Translations under genes and position numbers: made by a program | Notes under the pieces: generated by a model | Databases searched by the model: none | What the model was told of the DNA's origin: nothing | Seen by the model: only the letters and a program-made list of their open reading frames with translations | Shown: positions 11,112 to 20,207 of the stretch, piece after piece | How positions within the stretch are numbered: the stretch's first letter is position 1 | Layout of the letters: every line of letters starts with the position of its first letter | Assembly: GCA_963745835.1 (NCBI GenBank) | Contig: CAVUZH010000024.1 | Coordinates: forward strand, 96,001 to 160,000 | From: an uncultured delta proteobacterium | Lineage (GTDB): Bacteria > Desulfobacterota > Binatia > UBA9968 | Direction: 5' to 3' | DNA length: 64,000 nucleotides

Positions 11112-11855
11112 CTACATGTAAAGTCCGCCATTAACATTCATCACTTGACCGGTAATATAGGCTGCTCCCGGTCCCGTGAGAAACACCACCAGTTGCGCCA
11201 CTTCCTCGCTCCTGCCAAACCTGCCCAAGGGAATCGAGCGAAGAAATTCCTCCTGAAGTTGCGGCGATAAATTAGCGGTCATCTCGGTTTCGATAAAGCC
11301 CGGAGCCACGGCGTTCACAGTGATCCCGCGCGACGCGAGTTCCCGCGCGATTGATTTGGTAAACCCGAGGATTCCCGCCTTTGTTGCCGCGTAGATTGAT
11401 TGTCCGACGTTGCCGGTCTGTCCAACCACCGAAGAAAGATTAACGATCCTACCATAACGCTGGCGGATCATGGCACGGCAAACCGATTTGGTACAAAGAA
11501 CCGTACCCCTGAGATTAGTCCCTATAACCTGATCCCAATCTTGGGCCTTTGAGCGAATTAGAAGAGTATCAGAGATCACCCCGGCATTATTCACCAGAAT
11601 ATCAACTTTCCCTTGTCCGTCAACGATTTTCTTGACAGCCACATCAACATCACTTTCGACTGCGACATCGAATCGGCAAAGTTCGCCTTGGCCACCGGTG
11701 CCGTGAAGCTCTTCGAGCGCCAACTCCGCAGCCTCTTGATTGCCGCGGTAATTAATCACCACGTATGCCCCCGCTTGACCGAGAGCCACGGCGATAGCCC
11801 GACCGATGCCGCGACTTGCGCCTGTCACCAGCGCTACTTGCCCGTTCAATTTCAT
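11112..11855 (-). CDS. fabG: 3-oxoacyl-ACP reductase
   Basis: [25 protein letters not shown]; fab operon context. Confidence 0.96.
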   Translation of the reverse strand: MKLNGQVALVTGASRGIGRAIAVALGQAGAYVVINYRGNQEAAELALEELHGTGGQGELCRFDVAVESDVDVAVKKIVDGQGKVDILVNNAGVISDTLLIRSKAQDWDQVIGTNLRGTVLCTKSVCRAMIRQRYGRIVNLSSVVGQTGNVGQSIYAATKAGILGFTKSIARELASRGITVNAVAPGFIETEMTANLSPQLQEEFLRSIPLGRFGRSEEVAQLVVFLTGPGAAYITGQVMNVNGGLYM

Positions 11856-12844
11856 TTGATGTCATTCCTTAAGCGGGCAAGGTCTTGCGGTGCTTCGAAC
11901 GTATCAACCTCTATTTTCGGGCTGATCCGCTTCACTAATCCTTTTAGAACTCTTCCAGGACCGACTTCAAGCATTTTAGAGATGCCGAGACTCTCCAATC
12001 TCCGGACAGACTCTTCCCAACGTACCGGTCTCATCGCTTGCTCCGCTAGCAATAGCTTGATCCGGGCAGCATCAAGATTCACCTCGGCGTTTACGTTGCT
12101 GATAACTCCGACTGTGAATGGACGAATCGTCACATCGTTCAGAATACGTTTCAATCCTTCCGCCGCCGGCTTCATCAATGGACAGTGAAATGGCGCGCTG
12201 ACCGGCAGCTCGATAACACGCTTTGCGCCGTTAGACCTGGCAAGAAGCATTGCGCGGACTACGGCAGGCTTGGAACCGGCGATCACGATTTGATCGCCGC
12301 CATTATAATTGGCAGGTGCGACCACTTCCCCGTCCTCTGCCTGTTTACAGATAGAGCTGACCGCTGCCACGTCGAGACCCATGATAACCGCCATTGCGCC
12401 TGTCCCCGATGGCACAGCCGCCTGCATCAAACGACCGCGCTCTCGCACGATCCTTACGGCGTCGCTGAACGAGAGCGCGCCGACGCACACCAGCGCGCTG
12501 TATTCGCCGAGGCTATGACCCGCCACATAAGCCGGTTTAACCGCGGTTTCCGATTGCAAAACGCGGAGCGCGGCTACCGAGACAGCCAGAATGGCCGGCT
12601 GTGTGTTCTCAGTGAGTTGAAGATCGGCTTCCGGGCCGTGAAAACATAGCTGGCTGAGTGAAAATCCGAGGGTCTGTTCGGCCTCTTCAAAAGCTTGCGC
12701 GGCAACTGGATAGTGCTCGCACAAATCTTTGCCCATACCGACATACTGGGAGCCTTGGCCGGGAAAAAGAAATGCCACATTGTCTGTAATCGCCACTTCA
12801 GTTTCCATCGCTCTGCAGTTGACCCGATCGCATGACTCGATCAA
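11852..12844 (-). CDS. fabD: Malonyl-CoA:ACP transacylase
   Basis: FPGQGSQ, GHSLGEY, VSAPFH; start may instead be 12808. Confidence 0.96.
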   Translation of the reverse strand: MIESCDRVNCRAMETEVAITDNVAFLFPGQGSQYVGMGKDLCEHYPVAAQAFEEAEQTLGFSLSQLCFHGPEADLQLTENTQPAILAVSVAALRVLQSETAVKPAYVAGHSLGEYSALVCVGALSFSDAVRIVRERGRLMQAAVPSGTGAMAVIMGLDVAAVSSICKQAEDGEVVAPANYNGGDQIVIAGSKPAVVRAMLLARSNGAKRVIELPVSAPFHCPLMKPAAEGLKRILNDVTIRPFTVGVISNVNAEVNLDAARIKLLLAEQAMRPVRWEESVRRLESLGISKMLEVGPGRVLKGLVKRISPKIEVDTFEAPQDLARLRNDIK

Positions 12845-13879
12845 GGCCGGATCGTAGTCAGCAAAGTCTTGTTTTCAGTTGCGGCCTGAGCCATGGATTC
12901 CAAAGCCGCGCTAATGTGACCGTTTACATTCTGTGAAACTGATTCACTGGCAACGCGAATGGCGTTTTTTATTGCCAGCGCAGTTGACCCGCCATGGGCG
13001 ACAATGGCGACTCCATCCAATCCCAGCAACCGTGCTCCGCCGTATTCGGCGTAATCAAGCTTTCGATAGGCATGCCGCAGCGATCTGTCGGGTCAGCAAA
13101 TAGCCCAAGCGGCTCAACCAGCTTTTCTCAAAGCCGCTTTTTAAAATTTCGCCGGCAAAGCTCGCTACCCCTTCCATGGTCTTCAGTGCCACGTTTCCTG
13201 TAAAGCCATCGCACACGATGACATCGACCTTACCGTTGAAAAAGTCCCGGCCTTCGACGTATCCGACATAGTTTACCGGCGCGTTGTCGAGAAGCTCGCT
13301 GGCCGCTCGGGTCAACTCGTTCCCTTTGCTGTCTTCTTCGCCGTTGCTTAGCACACCGACTCGCGGATTGCCGATACCCAACCCACGCTCTGCGTACACC
13401 GAGCCGATGATCCCAAACTGTAGTAACTGGCGCGGCTTGCAGTCGACATTGGCTCCCGCATCGATGATGATGGTTCCCTTAGATGTTCCGGGGACGATAG
13501 CTAGAATCGCGGGTCGAGTGACTTGAGGTAAAGTGCCGATGACCAGCATCCCGATGGCCATCATGGCCCCCGAGTTTCCGGCGCTGACGACGGCTTGCGC
13601 ATCGCCGCGCTTGATCATCTCGAACGCGACCTTCATCGACGAATCTCTCTTCCTCAGTGCAATGCTGGGGGATTCGTCCATAGATACCGTTTGTGTGGCG
13701 TTAATAACAGGAAAACGGGGGAGCTTGCCGCCGATGCGCAAACATTCTTGTTCAATGGCGAGTTTGTCCCCGACAAGAATCAATTCCGCATCGACGTCTT
13801 GGGCCGCAAGCAGCGCGCCTTCAACAACAACCGCCGGGGCATGATCTCCCCCCATCGCGTCGACTGCGATTTTCGGCAT
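12841..13879 (-). CDS. plsX: Phosphate acyltransferase PlsX, with one +1 frameshift near 13088 (likely sequencing error)
   Basis: IAVDAMGGDHAP, SAGNSGA, DAGANVD, VCDGFTGNVALK; removing one base restores ...TRRSLRHAYRKLDYAEYGGARLLGLDGVAIVAHG. Confidence 0.93.
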
Positions 13880-13893
13880 AGAGGAATGAAGTA

Positions 13894-14076
13894 CTAACTC
13901 TCGTCAACTTTAAGAACCGCCCGGCCGCGGTAGAAGCCGCAGGCACGGCAAGCGCGATGGGGCATGACGGTTTCGCCGCACTGCGAACACGTGCTCCATT
14001 GCGGCGGGGTAAGGGCATCATGCGATCGCCGCTGGTTTTTTACTCGTTTCGAAGTTCGTCTCTTTGGTACAGGCAT
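13894..14076 (-). CDS. rpmF: 50S ribosomal protein L32
   Basis: MPVPKRRTSK..RRSH..CSQCG..PHRACRACGFY. Confidence 0.96.
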   Translation of the reverse strand: MPVPKRRTSKRVKNQRRSHDALTPPQWSTCSQCGETVMPHRACRACGFYRGRAVLKVDES

Positions 14077-14137
14077 TTTAACCCTATCCTTCCCGTCGGC
14101 AAACGGCAGAACCAATGTTCAGAAAATTGGCAATAAA

Positions 14138-14677
14138 CTAACGATTGATTTTGAGCGTCCGAAAAATCGCAAGACGCGCGTCGGACGGCGCAGCGGGATC
14201 GCAGGCGCACTCTTCAATATTGAGATTAACTCCACAACCACCACACAATCCCCGGCAATCTTCACGACACAGCGGGCGGGTCGGCAAGGCCAGTAGAACT
14301 TGCTCTTCGATTAACGGCGCTAGCTCTATAATATCGCTTGAGTAGTAACTCAAACCTAGCTCCTCTCGCCTCAACTCCTCAACTTTGCGCCCGGGGCGCG
14401 CCGGGTCCGGAACTAACACTATGTCAAACGACTTTTCGACGTCAAACGAATAATTAGCTAAACACCGACTGCAGCAGCCTTCGAATCTGCCGCCAAAAGA
14501 TCCCTGGAAAAAAAGCTCCTGCCCCGATCTGTAATAAACCAGACTTCCATCCAGCACCGGTGGAAAGTGAAAATCCCGATACTTTTCATTTGCGAAAAAC
14601 GAATTTAAATCCTCAATCTTCTCTGAAAACATGATTTCTTTGGGAGACTGAGTTATCTGGTCGACGGGAATTTTCAT
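14138..14677 (-). CDS. yceD: YceD/DUF177 metal-binding protein
   Basis: CSRCL, LALPTRPLCREDCRGLCGGCGVNLN; directly upstream of rpmF. Confidence 0.92.
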   Translation of the reverse strand: MKIPVDQITQSPKEIMFSEKIEDLNSFFANEKYRDFHFPPVLDGSLVYYRSGQELFFQGSFGGRFEGCCSRCLANYSFDVEKSFDIVLVPDPARPGRKVEELRREELGLSYYSSDIIELAPLIEEQVLLALPTRPLCREDCRGLCGGCGVNLNIEECACDPAAPSDARLAIFRTLKINR

Positions 14678-14707
14678 AGCGAAAGAACTGGTTGGCCGGA
14701 CGATTTG

Positions 14708-14735
14708 AATATATTGGATCCTGCTCTATTGTCAA
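14708..14735 (-). promoter_or_regulatory. Putative sigma70 promoter for the yceD-rpmF-plsX-fab operon
   Basis: Minus strand TTGACA-16 nt-TATATT, about 30 nt before the yceD start. Confidence 0.6.
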
Positions 14736-15051
14736 GTTGGCAGGTATCACAAACATACAAAAGTCTGTGATTTATCCGTAACTTCCGACGCTGGCTCTCT
14801 TCATCAGTAGTTAAATCCACAGTGCTAAAGGCAGCGCTGCTATTTGCCGTTCGCGGTATTGTTCGGCGCCAAACGATATTGATGCCGCGGTCCCCCTTCG
14901 ACCATTCGATTGTTCGAACCCGCGGCCGAGGTTCACGATTTTATATGCTTCTCTTGACCCTTCCTAAGACAGGGGCCAAATCGCGCTGATTGAAAGATTT
15001 GAACCGATCAACGTACGCCCAACGAGCAAATTAACAACGCGCCAGTGACCG

Positions 15052-15079
15052 TTGACAAGCCCGCAATCATCAATAGAAT
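15052..15079 (+). promoter_or_regulatory. Putative sigma70 promoter for the HtrA-like gene
   Basis: TTGACA-16 nt-TAGAAT. Confidence 0.6.
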
Positions 15080-15180
15080 TCAGGCGGAGACCTTTAAACC
15101 GGCGTAAAGCCGCGCAGAATAGTACTGCGCGACATGCTCGCGCTAACAGCAGCGAGTAAAATCGCATAAGGAGCAGGACT

Positions 15181-16071
15181 TTGAACGGCCATCTCGGCTT
15201 GATCCATGCCATCATTCCGGCAACAGTAGACATCCGCGTATCGATCCCAGAAGATCATCCGTCCACCAGGAACCTAGGCTCGGAGCGCACCGGATCCGGA
15301 ACCATAGTCGATCCGGAAGGGTACGTTTTAACGGTTAATTACGTGGTGACCGGAGCTTCGTCCATTACCGTCACCGTAGCCGAAGGAGAAGAGTATCCGG
15401 GTGAGATCGTCACACAGGATCTCGATAGCGGACTCGCGCTTTTAAAAATCCCTGCTCGCGGGCTGCCTTTCCTCAAGCCGGCAAGCGAACCGGCCGCACT
15501 TGGCCAGGCTAGCCTCATCGTTGCCAGCAGCGGAAACAACGAACGAAAAGTGAGCGGAGGCTATGTAACTTCACTGGAACCGTACGACGGCCATTGGGAA
15601 TATATGCTCGACCAAACGGTGAGAGTGACAGCCGTCAATCCGGGCTTCGGCGGCGGCACATTGGCGAATTTCAAAGCAGAGATGTTGGGCGTGGTTTCCT
15701 TGAATCTTGCTGATGTTGGAAAATTCTCATTGGCCATTCCGATCCGCTATTACTTCGATCAGGAGCAGGCGTTCAGACAACGTTCCCTTGTCAGTCAAAA
15801 GCCTTGGTTAGGTTTCTATCCCCACTTGCTCGCTGGACATGTGGTTGTCGGCGGAGTGACGGAAGGAAGCCCGGCTGACCGTCAGGGACTTAAAGAGGGC
15901 GACATCATTCTGGATGTTGAGAAAACGCAGATCCGCTCGCGGCGGCAACTCTATCAGGAGCTTTGGAAGAAGCGACCGGGAGAACGCATCTGTCTGCGTG
16001 TCTTAAGGAACGAAACCAGTATCGAGCTAAGCTTAATCGGCGCCGACCGCCGCAATCGCTATGGCAGCTAG
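15181..16071 (+). CDS. S1C/HtrA-like trypsin-fold plus PDZ protein, catalytic triad degenerate
   Basis: GSGTIVDPEGYVLTV, NPGFGGG, PDZ segment PWLG..SPADRQGLKEGDII; AAGGAG RBS before TTG. Confidence 0.8.
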   Translation: MNGHLGLIHAIIPATVDIRVSIPEDHPSTRNLGSERTGSGTIVDPEGYVLTVNYVVTGASSITVTVAEGEEYPGEIVTQDLDSGLALLKIPARGLPFLKPASEPAALGQASLIVASSGNNERKVSGGYVTSLEPYDGHWEYMLDQTVRVTAVNPGFGGGTLANFKAEMLGVVSLNLADVGKFSLAIPIRYYFDQEQAFRQRSLVSQKPWLGFYPHLLAGHVVVGGVTEGSPADRQGLKEGDIILDVEKTQIRSRRQLYQELWKKRPGERICLRVLRNETSIELSLIGADRRNRYGS

Positions 16072-16535
16072 TCGTCGCCACCGACCTTCTGTAATTTACC
16101 TTCTCCAGTCACCTTGATGGCGGTTGCCGGAGTATAGGCTTCGGGTTCATAGTTGATCAAGGCTTTATCGCTCTGCTGCAAATCTTTTAATTTGACTCTG
16201 CTGCCGGCTTTTTCGATATTCGTTTTCTCATCAACTCCAACCACCTCCTCGCGAACCTTTCCCTTGCGCTCCACTTGGAAGGTAATCGTTCGCTGGCCGA
16301 CGCTGCTGATGACACCCTCAACTTCGACAGCCTTGGATTTGGTTTCTTTTGTTTCGCTCTTTGTGGCTTTTGCCTCTGCCGGTGTCTTTGCTTCGGCGAC
16401 AGGTTTGGCCTGCGCCGGTGTCGGTTTTTGCGCGGGTGCGGCCGTTTGTTCCTGAACAGATGAACACGCGATTAAACCCGCAGCGAGCAGGAGCGAGCCG
16501 GTTGATAACGTCAAGAAATCAGTTGTTCGCTTCAT
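16068..16535 (-). CDS. Hypothetical lipoprotein with an Ala/Lys/Pro linker and small beta-barrel-like domain
   Basis: Lipobox AGLIAC; GGAGGA RBS; VEGVISSV...LKDLQQSDKALINY. Confidence 0.7.
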   Translation of the reverse strand: MKRTTDFLTLSTGSLLLAAGLIACSSVQEQTAAPAQKPTPAQAKPVAEAKTPAEAKATKSETKETKSKAVEVEGVISSVGQRTITFQVERKGKVREEVVGVDEKTNIEKAGSRVKLKDLQQSDKALINYEPEAYTPATAIKVTGEGKLQKVGGDD

Positions 16536-16685
16536 TACATTCCTCCGAACCTTTTTACCCGAAATTCACGAATATGATCGCCGAAAATTTCTAGAACTTA
16601 AAGCATACTTCATTTCAAATTGTCAAGGCGCGTCGGGAACTATGGCGTTGAGAAAAGCTCCAAAACAACATACGAGTGAGAGCGC

Positions 16686-17129
16686 ATGACTTCGAGCAAA
16701 CCGAACAATTTAAATGTGACAACCTATCGAGTCATCTATGGTGATACAGATCAAATGGGCGTGGTCTACTACGCCAACTACCTACGCTGGTTCGAAAGAG
16801 GCCGCGGTGAGTTTCTGCGTGCAAGCGGAATCCCGTACGCAACCATCGAGCGACGGGGCATGCATTTTCCAGTTGCGGAGCTGTCATGCCGATACTTCAG
16901 ACCAGCTCGTTACGATGATCTGATTGTCATCGAGACACGGATAGCTTCGGTCAGCCGCGCATCATTGACATTCACCTACCGAATCATGCGCGAGGCTGAA
17001 GCCACGCGGCTGGCCTCCGGCTCGACCAAGCACGCCTGCGTCGATGGTCAGGGCAGGGTCATGAGAATTGAGGAGGAGCTGATGAAGGCGCTCGAAATCA
17101 TGATTTGCCCACCCGAAGACACTGCTTGA
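16686..17129 (+). CDS. Acyl-CoA thioesterase, YbgC/FadM hotdog family
   Basis: RVIYGDTDQMGVVYYANYLRWFERGR. Confidence 0.92.
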   Translation: MTSSKPNNLNVTTYRVIYGDTDQMGVVYYANYLRWFERGRGEFLRASGIPYATIERRGMHFPVAELSCRYFRPARYDDLIVIETRIASVSRASLTFTYRIMREAEATRLASGSTKHACVDGQGRVMRIEEELMKALEIMICPPEDTA

Positions 17130-17165
17130 AAATGATGCTGCTTATTCTTATTATGGATCACTATA

Positions 17166-18335
17166 TTACAAGTGATCAGGGACAGGTTCACTGGCCTCAC
17201 GAAGAGCCTCCTCAATCTCGCTTTTAACCTCCGGGTTAGCTTCTGAAAGCAATTTCTGCCGCAGTGTCGCGAGCGCCTCAGATGTACCAATCCGGCCCAG
17301 CGCCCATGCGACATGACCGCGAACTAGTGGCTCTTCGTCATTCAGTGCCTCGGTCAGCGCCGGCACGGCTTCGGGCGCGCGATTATTGCCCAGCGCCACG
17401 GCTACATTGCGCAAAAATCCACGTCGTTTTGCCCGGACAATGGGACTGCCGCGAAACCGCCGGCGAAATTCCTCTTGGTCGATCGACAGCAGCGCAACCA
17501 AATCGGGAGCATAAAGGCCTTGGCGCGGCAGGTAAGACGGTTCATCGGTGGAATTCGCTTTAACATTATAAGGACATACTTCCTGGCAGATGTCGCAGCC
17601 GAAAATGTGATTACCGATAAGGGGTCTCAGATGACGTGGAATAAAACCCTTGAGCTCGATCGTAAGATAGGAGATGCAGCGACGCGCATCCAAAAGATAG
17701 GGCCCGATGAAGGCGCCGGTTGGGCAGGCTTTTAGGCACAGGTCACATTGACCGCAGCGGTCACGAATGGCCTGATCATAAGCAAGGGGCAGACTGGTAA
17801 ACAGCTCACCAAGGAAAAACCAGGAGCCTTTGTTCGGCGAAATCAGCTGAGTATTTTTCCCGATCCATCCTATGCCGGCACTACCCGCAAAGTCCCGCTC
17901 TAGAATCGGGCCGGAATCGACGAAAGTTCTGCCTTCCACCGTCTCGCCGCCAATCTCACGAAGAAATACGAGCAGGGTTTCCAGTTTATCCCGGATAATC
18001 TCATGATAATCATCACCCCAAGCATAGCGCGAGATCCAGCCGCGCCCGCGTTCTGACGGGGTTGGCCGTTTAAACGGCGTGTAGTAATTCATCCCCACGG
18101 AAATGATTGACACCGCCCAGGGGACAAGCAGCCGTGGATCGCGCCGCAAAAGCTCGGTTCGCTCCATATACTCGAGATGACCGTGAAGTTTCTTCCGCAG
18201 CCAATCAGCGAATGACTCCTCGTGCGGCGGCACCCGCACTGGAGAGATTCCAACGAGTTCAAAGCCGAGCCTTTGCGCTTCATTCTTGATGCGCTGAGAC
18301 AGCTCGGCCAAATTCGGCTCAGCGGTGGAAATCAT
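17166..18335 (-). CDS. queG: tRNA epoxyqueuosine(34) reductase with C-terminal HEAT repeats
   Basis: SRYAWGDDYH, VDSGPILER, CGQCDLCLKACPT, RCISYLTIE, FGCDICQEVCP. Confidence 0.96.
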   Translation of the reverse strand: MISTAEPNLAELSQRIKNEAQRLGFELVGISPVRVPPHEESFADWLRKKLHGHLEYMERTELLRRDPRLLVPWAVSIISVGMNYYTPFKRPTPSERGRGWISRYAWGDDYHEIIRDKLETLLVFLREIGGETVEGRTFVDSGPILERDFAGSAGIGWIGKNTQLISPNKGSWFFLGELFTSLPLAYDQAIRDRCGQCDLCLKACPTGAFIGPYLLDARRCISYLTIELKGFIPRHLRPLIGNHIFGCDICQEVCPYNVKANSTDEPSYLPRQGLYAPDLVALLSIDQEEFRRRFRGSPIVRAKRRGFLRNVAVALGNNRAPEAVPALTEALNDEEPLVRGHVAWALGRIGTSEALATLRQKLLSEANPEVKSEIEEALREASEPVPDHL

Positions 18336-18398
18336 AACGCCAGAAAACTCCGGAATAAGATTGACGCGGAACTACAACTGGAGAAGACGGCCAAGCGC

Positions 18399-18848
18399 TC
18401 AGTGAAGCGGGCCGCCGCCGCGCGACCCGGTGACAGTGGAGTCCAACAATGGGCGTCTGCCGGCAAAGCCCTCCTCAATTCTGTGCCAGTAGGCAATCTC
18501 AGGTTCGCCGTATTGCCAACAAAGAAAGACAATCTCTTCTCCCAATAAACAGGGAAAATCGAGCAATCCTTGTTCTACGCCTTTGCACACACAGCCATGT
18601 TGTTGAATTTCATTGACAGCGTCGTTGATCTGCTTGATCAAGGCGGCGATCTCATCGTTCCGCTGTAAACGGCGCATCAGGTTGGGCGTTTCCGGGTCGA
18701 TCTGCTCCGCGCGAATCACTATTTCGCTCTTGGCCCGCAGGCGTCGTATGATCTCCAAAATGCGTTCGATCGTCGGACGCACTATAGGCAAAAGGGCGTT
18801 CGCTTCGTTGATCGTGAACAATCTGGAATAAGGCGAAGATGAATCCAT
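18399..18848 (-). CDS. DUF2203 family protein
   Basis: FTINEANALLP, GLLDFP, FLCWQYGEPEIAYWH..EGFAGRRP; likely start ATG 18848. Confidence 0.85.
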   Translation of the reverse strand: MDSSSPYSRLFTINEANALLPIVRPTIERILEIIRRLRAKSEIVIRAEQIDPETPNLMRRLQRNDEIAALIKQINDAVNEIQQHGCVCKGVEQGLLDFPCLLGEEIVFLCWQYGEPEIAYWHRIEEGFAGRRPLLDSTVTGSRGGGPLH

Positions 18849-18885
18849 ATCATCCACTTTGGTCGTCGGCACTTCAACGAGAAAG

Positions 18886-19750
18886 TTATAGCCGCAGGCC
18901 GGTTCGAACAGCTTTAAGTAATGCAATGTTATCGGAATGGCCGGTCATGTGAGCCGTGATTTTGCCGCGAATGGGTCTTCCCAGCAGATAAAAATCCCCG
19001 ATAATGTCAAGAATTTTATGACGCGCCAGTTCCTCCGGAAAGCGCAAGTCTGTGTTGACGATCTTCTCATCATCGATCAAGATACAATTACTAAGCTTGC
19101 CTCCGTTGATCAAGCCGAGCTTTTGCATTTTCTCCATATCGCGCAGAAAACCGAAGGTCCTTGCCGGCGCAATTTCTTCTTTGAAGGAAGTCGGACTCTG
19201 ATGTGTGAATAGTGTATTCCTGCACGCCGACCGGTTTCGGATAGTTCAGAACGTAGTGGACCGAAAACGTCTCCGCTGGTTCAATACTGATCCATTCTCC
19301 TGCGTCGTCACCGATGCGATAAGGACGATCAATGACGATTCTTGACCAGCTTTCGTCTTGCTCGTGCAGCCCAGCTTCCTCGATGAGTTCGCAAAACTCC
19401 GCCGCCGATCCATCTAAGATCGGAACCTCGCCTTGAACTTTCACCAGCAAGTTCGTAATTCCGTAACTATGGAGGACCGCCAAAAAATGCTCTACGGTCG
19501 CAACCGTAAAACCACGATGGCTCAATGATGTCGCAAATCCCGTTGATCCGACATAATCTAAATGCGCGGGTACGCTCACATCACCTGAGATACCCTCGAA
19601 TAAGATGCCGCTATTTGGCGGGAGCGGATGCAGAATCAATCCTGTTTTGATACCTGAATGCAATCCTTGACCTGAACTCACCACGCTTTTTCTTAAGGTC
19701 TTTTGTCGGATCGGTTCGGCGGATGTGACTATCCGCGGAGCTGTACTCAC
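18886..19750 (-). CDS. lpxC: UDP-3-O-acyl-GlcNAc deacetylase LpxC, +1 frameshift near 19211; probably fused to the upstream receiver domain
   Basis: QKTLRKSVVSSGQGLHSG, ATVEHFLAVL, EVPILDGSA; after the frame change EIAPARTFGF, RHKILDIIGD and TGHSDN. Confidence 0.93.
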
Positions 19751-20207
19751 TGAGTCGGTCTCCTCGACCCCATGGCGCTGTGCCGATTTCGGAGAGGCTC
19801 TGAGCTACAGGGAGCTCGCCCAGAGCGCGTTGCACGGTATGAAGCAGGCCGTCGAGCGAGACCGGCTTTTCGATAAAATCGAAAGCGCCAAATTTAGTTG
19901 CGGTCACCGCCGTGTGGATATTTCCGTGCCCGGAGATCATCACGACATTGGTTGAAGGCTTCTTGCTCTTGATCTCCTTGAGCAAGCCAATACCATCGAT
20001 TTTCGGCATCCAGATGTCGAGCAGCACGAGCCCGGGTTGCTCCGCTTCGATCATTTCCAGGACGCAAGTGGCATCGGCGGTATCGAGTACCCGATATCCC
20101 TCGTCCGTCAGCACTTCTTTAACCGACTCCCGAACCTTGTCCTCATCATCGACAACAAGGATGGTTTTCTGAGATGATAACTCCTTCACCGCCCCTCCAT
20201 TTTTCAT
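19611..20207 (-). CDS. Response-regulator receiver (REC) domain, NtrX-like, no output domain; likely the N-terminus of LpxC
   Basis: ILVVDDE, LVLLDIWMP (phospho-Asp), MISGHG, GAFDFIEKP; sequence after about 19800 is non-conserved and overlaps lpxC. Confidence 0.88.
   Translation of the reverse strand: MKNGGAVKELSSQKTILVVDDEDKVRESVKEVLTDEGYRVLDTADATCVLEMIEAEQPGLVLLDIWMPKIDGIGLLKEIKSKKPSTNVVMISGHGNIHTAVTATKFGAFDFIEKPVSLDGLLHTVQRALGELPVAQSLSEIGTAPWGRGDRLSEYSSADSHIRRTDPTKDLKKKRGEFRSRIAFRYQNRIDSASAPAK

Noticed and set aside
16330-16450. Repetitive AKP/TPA/ETK-coding stretch
   Set aside because: Low-complexity protein linker, not a DNA tandem repeat or CRISPR array.
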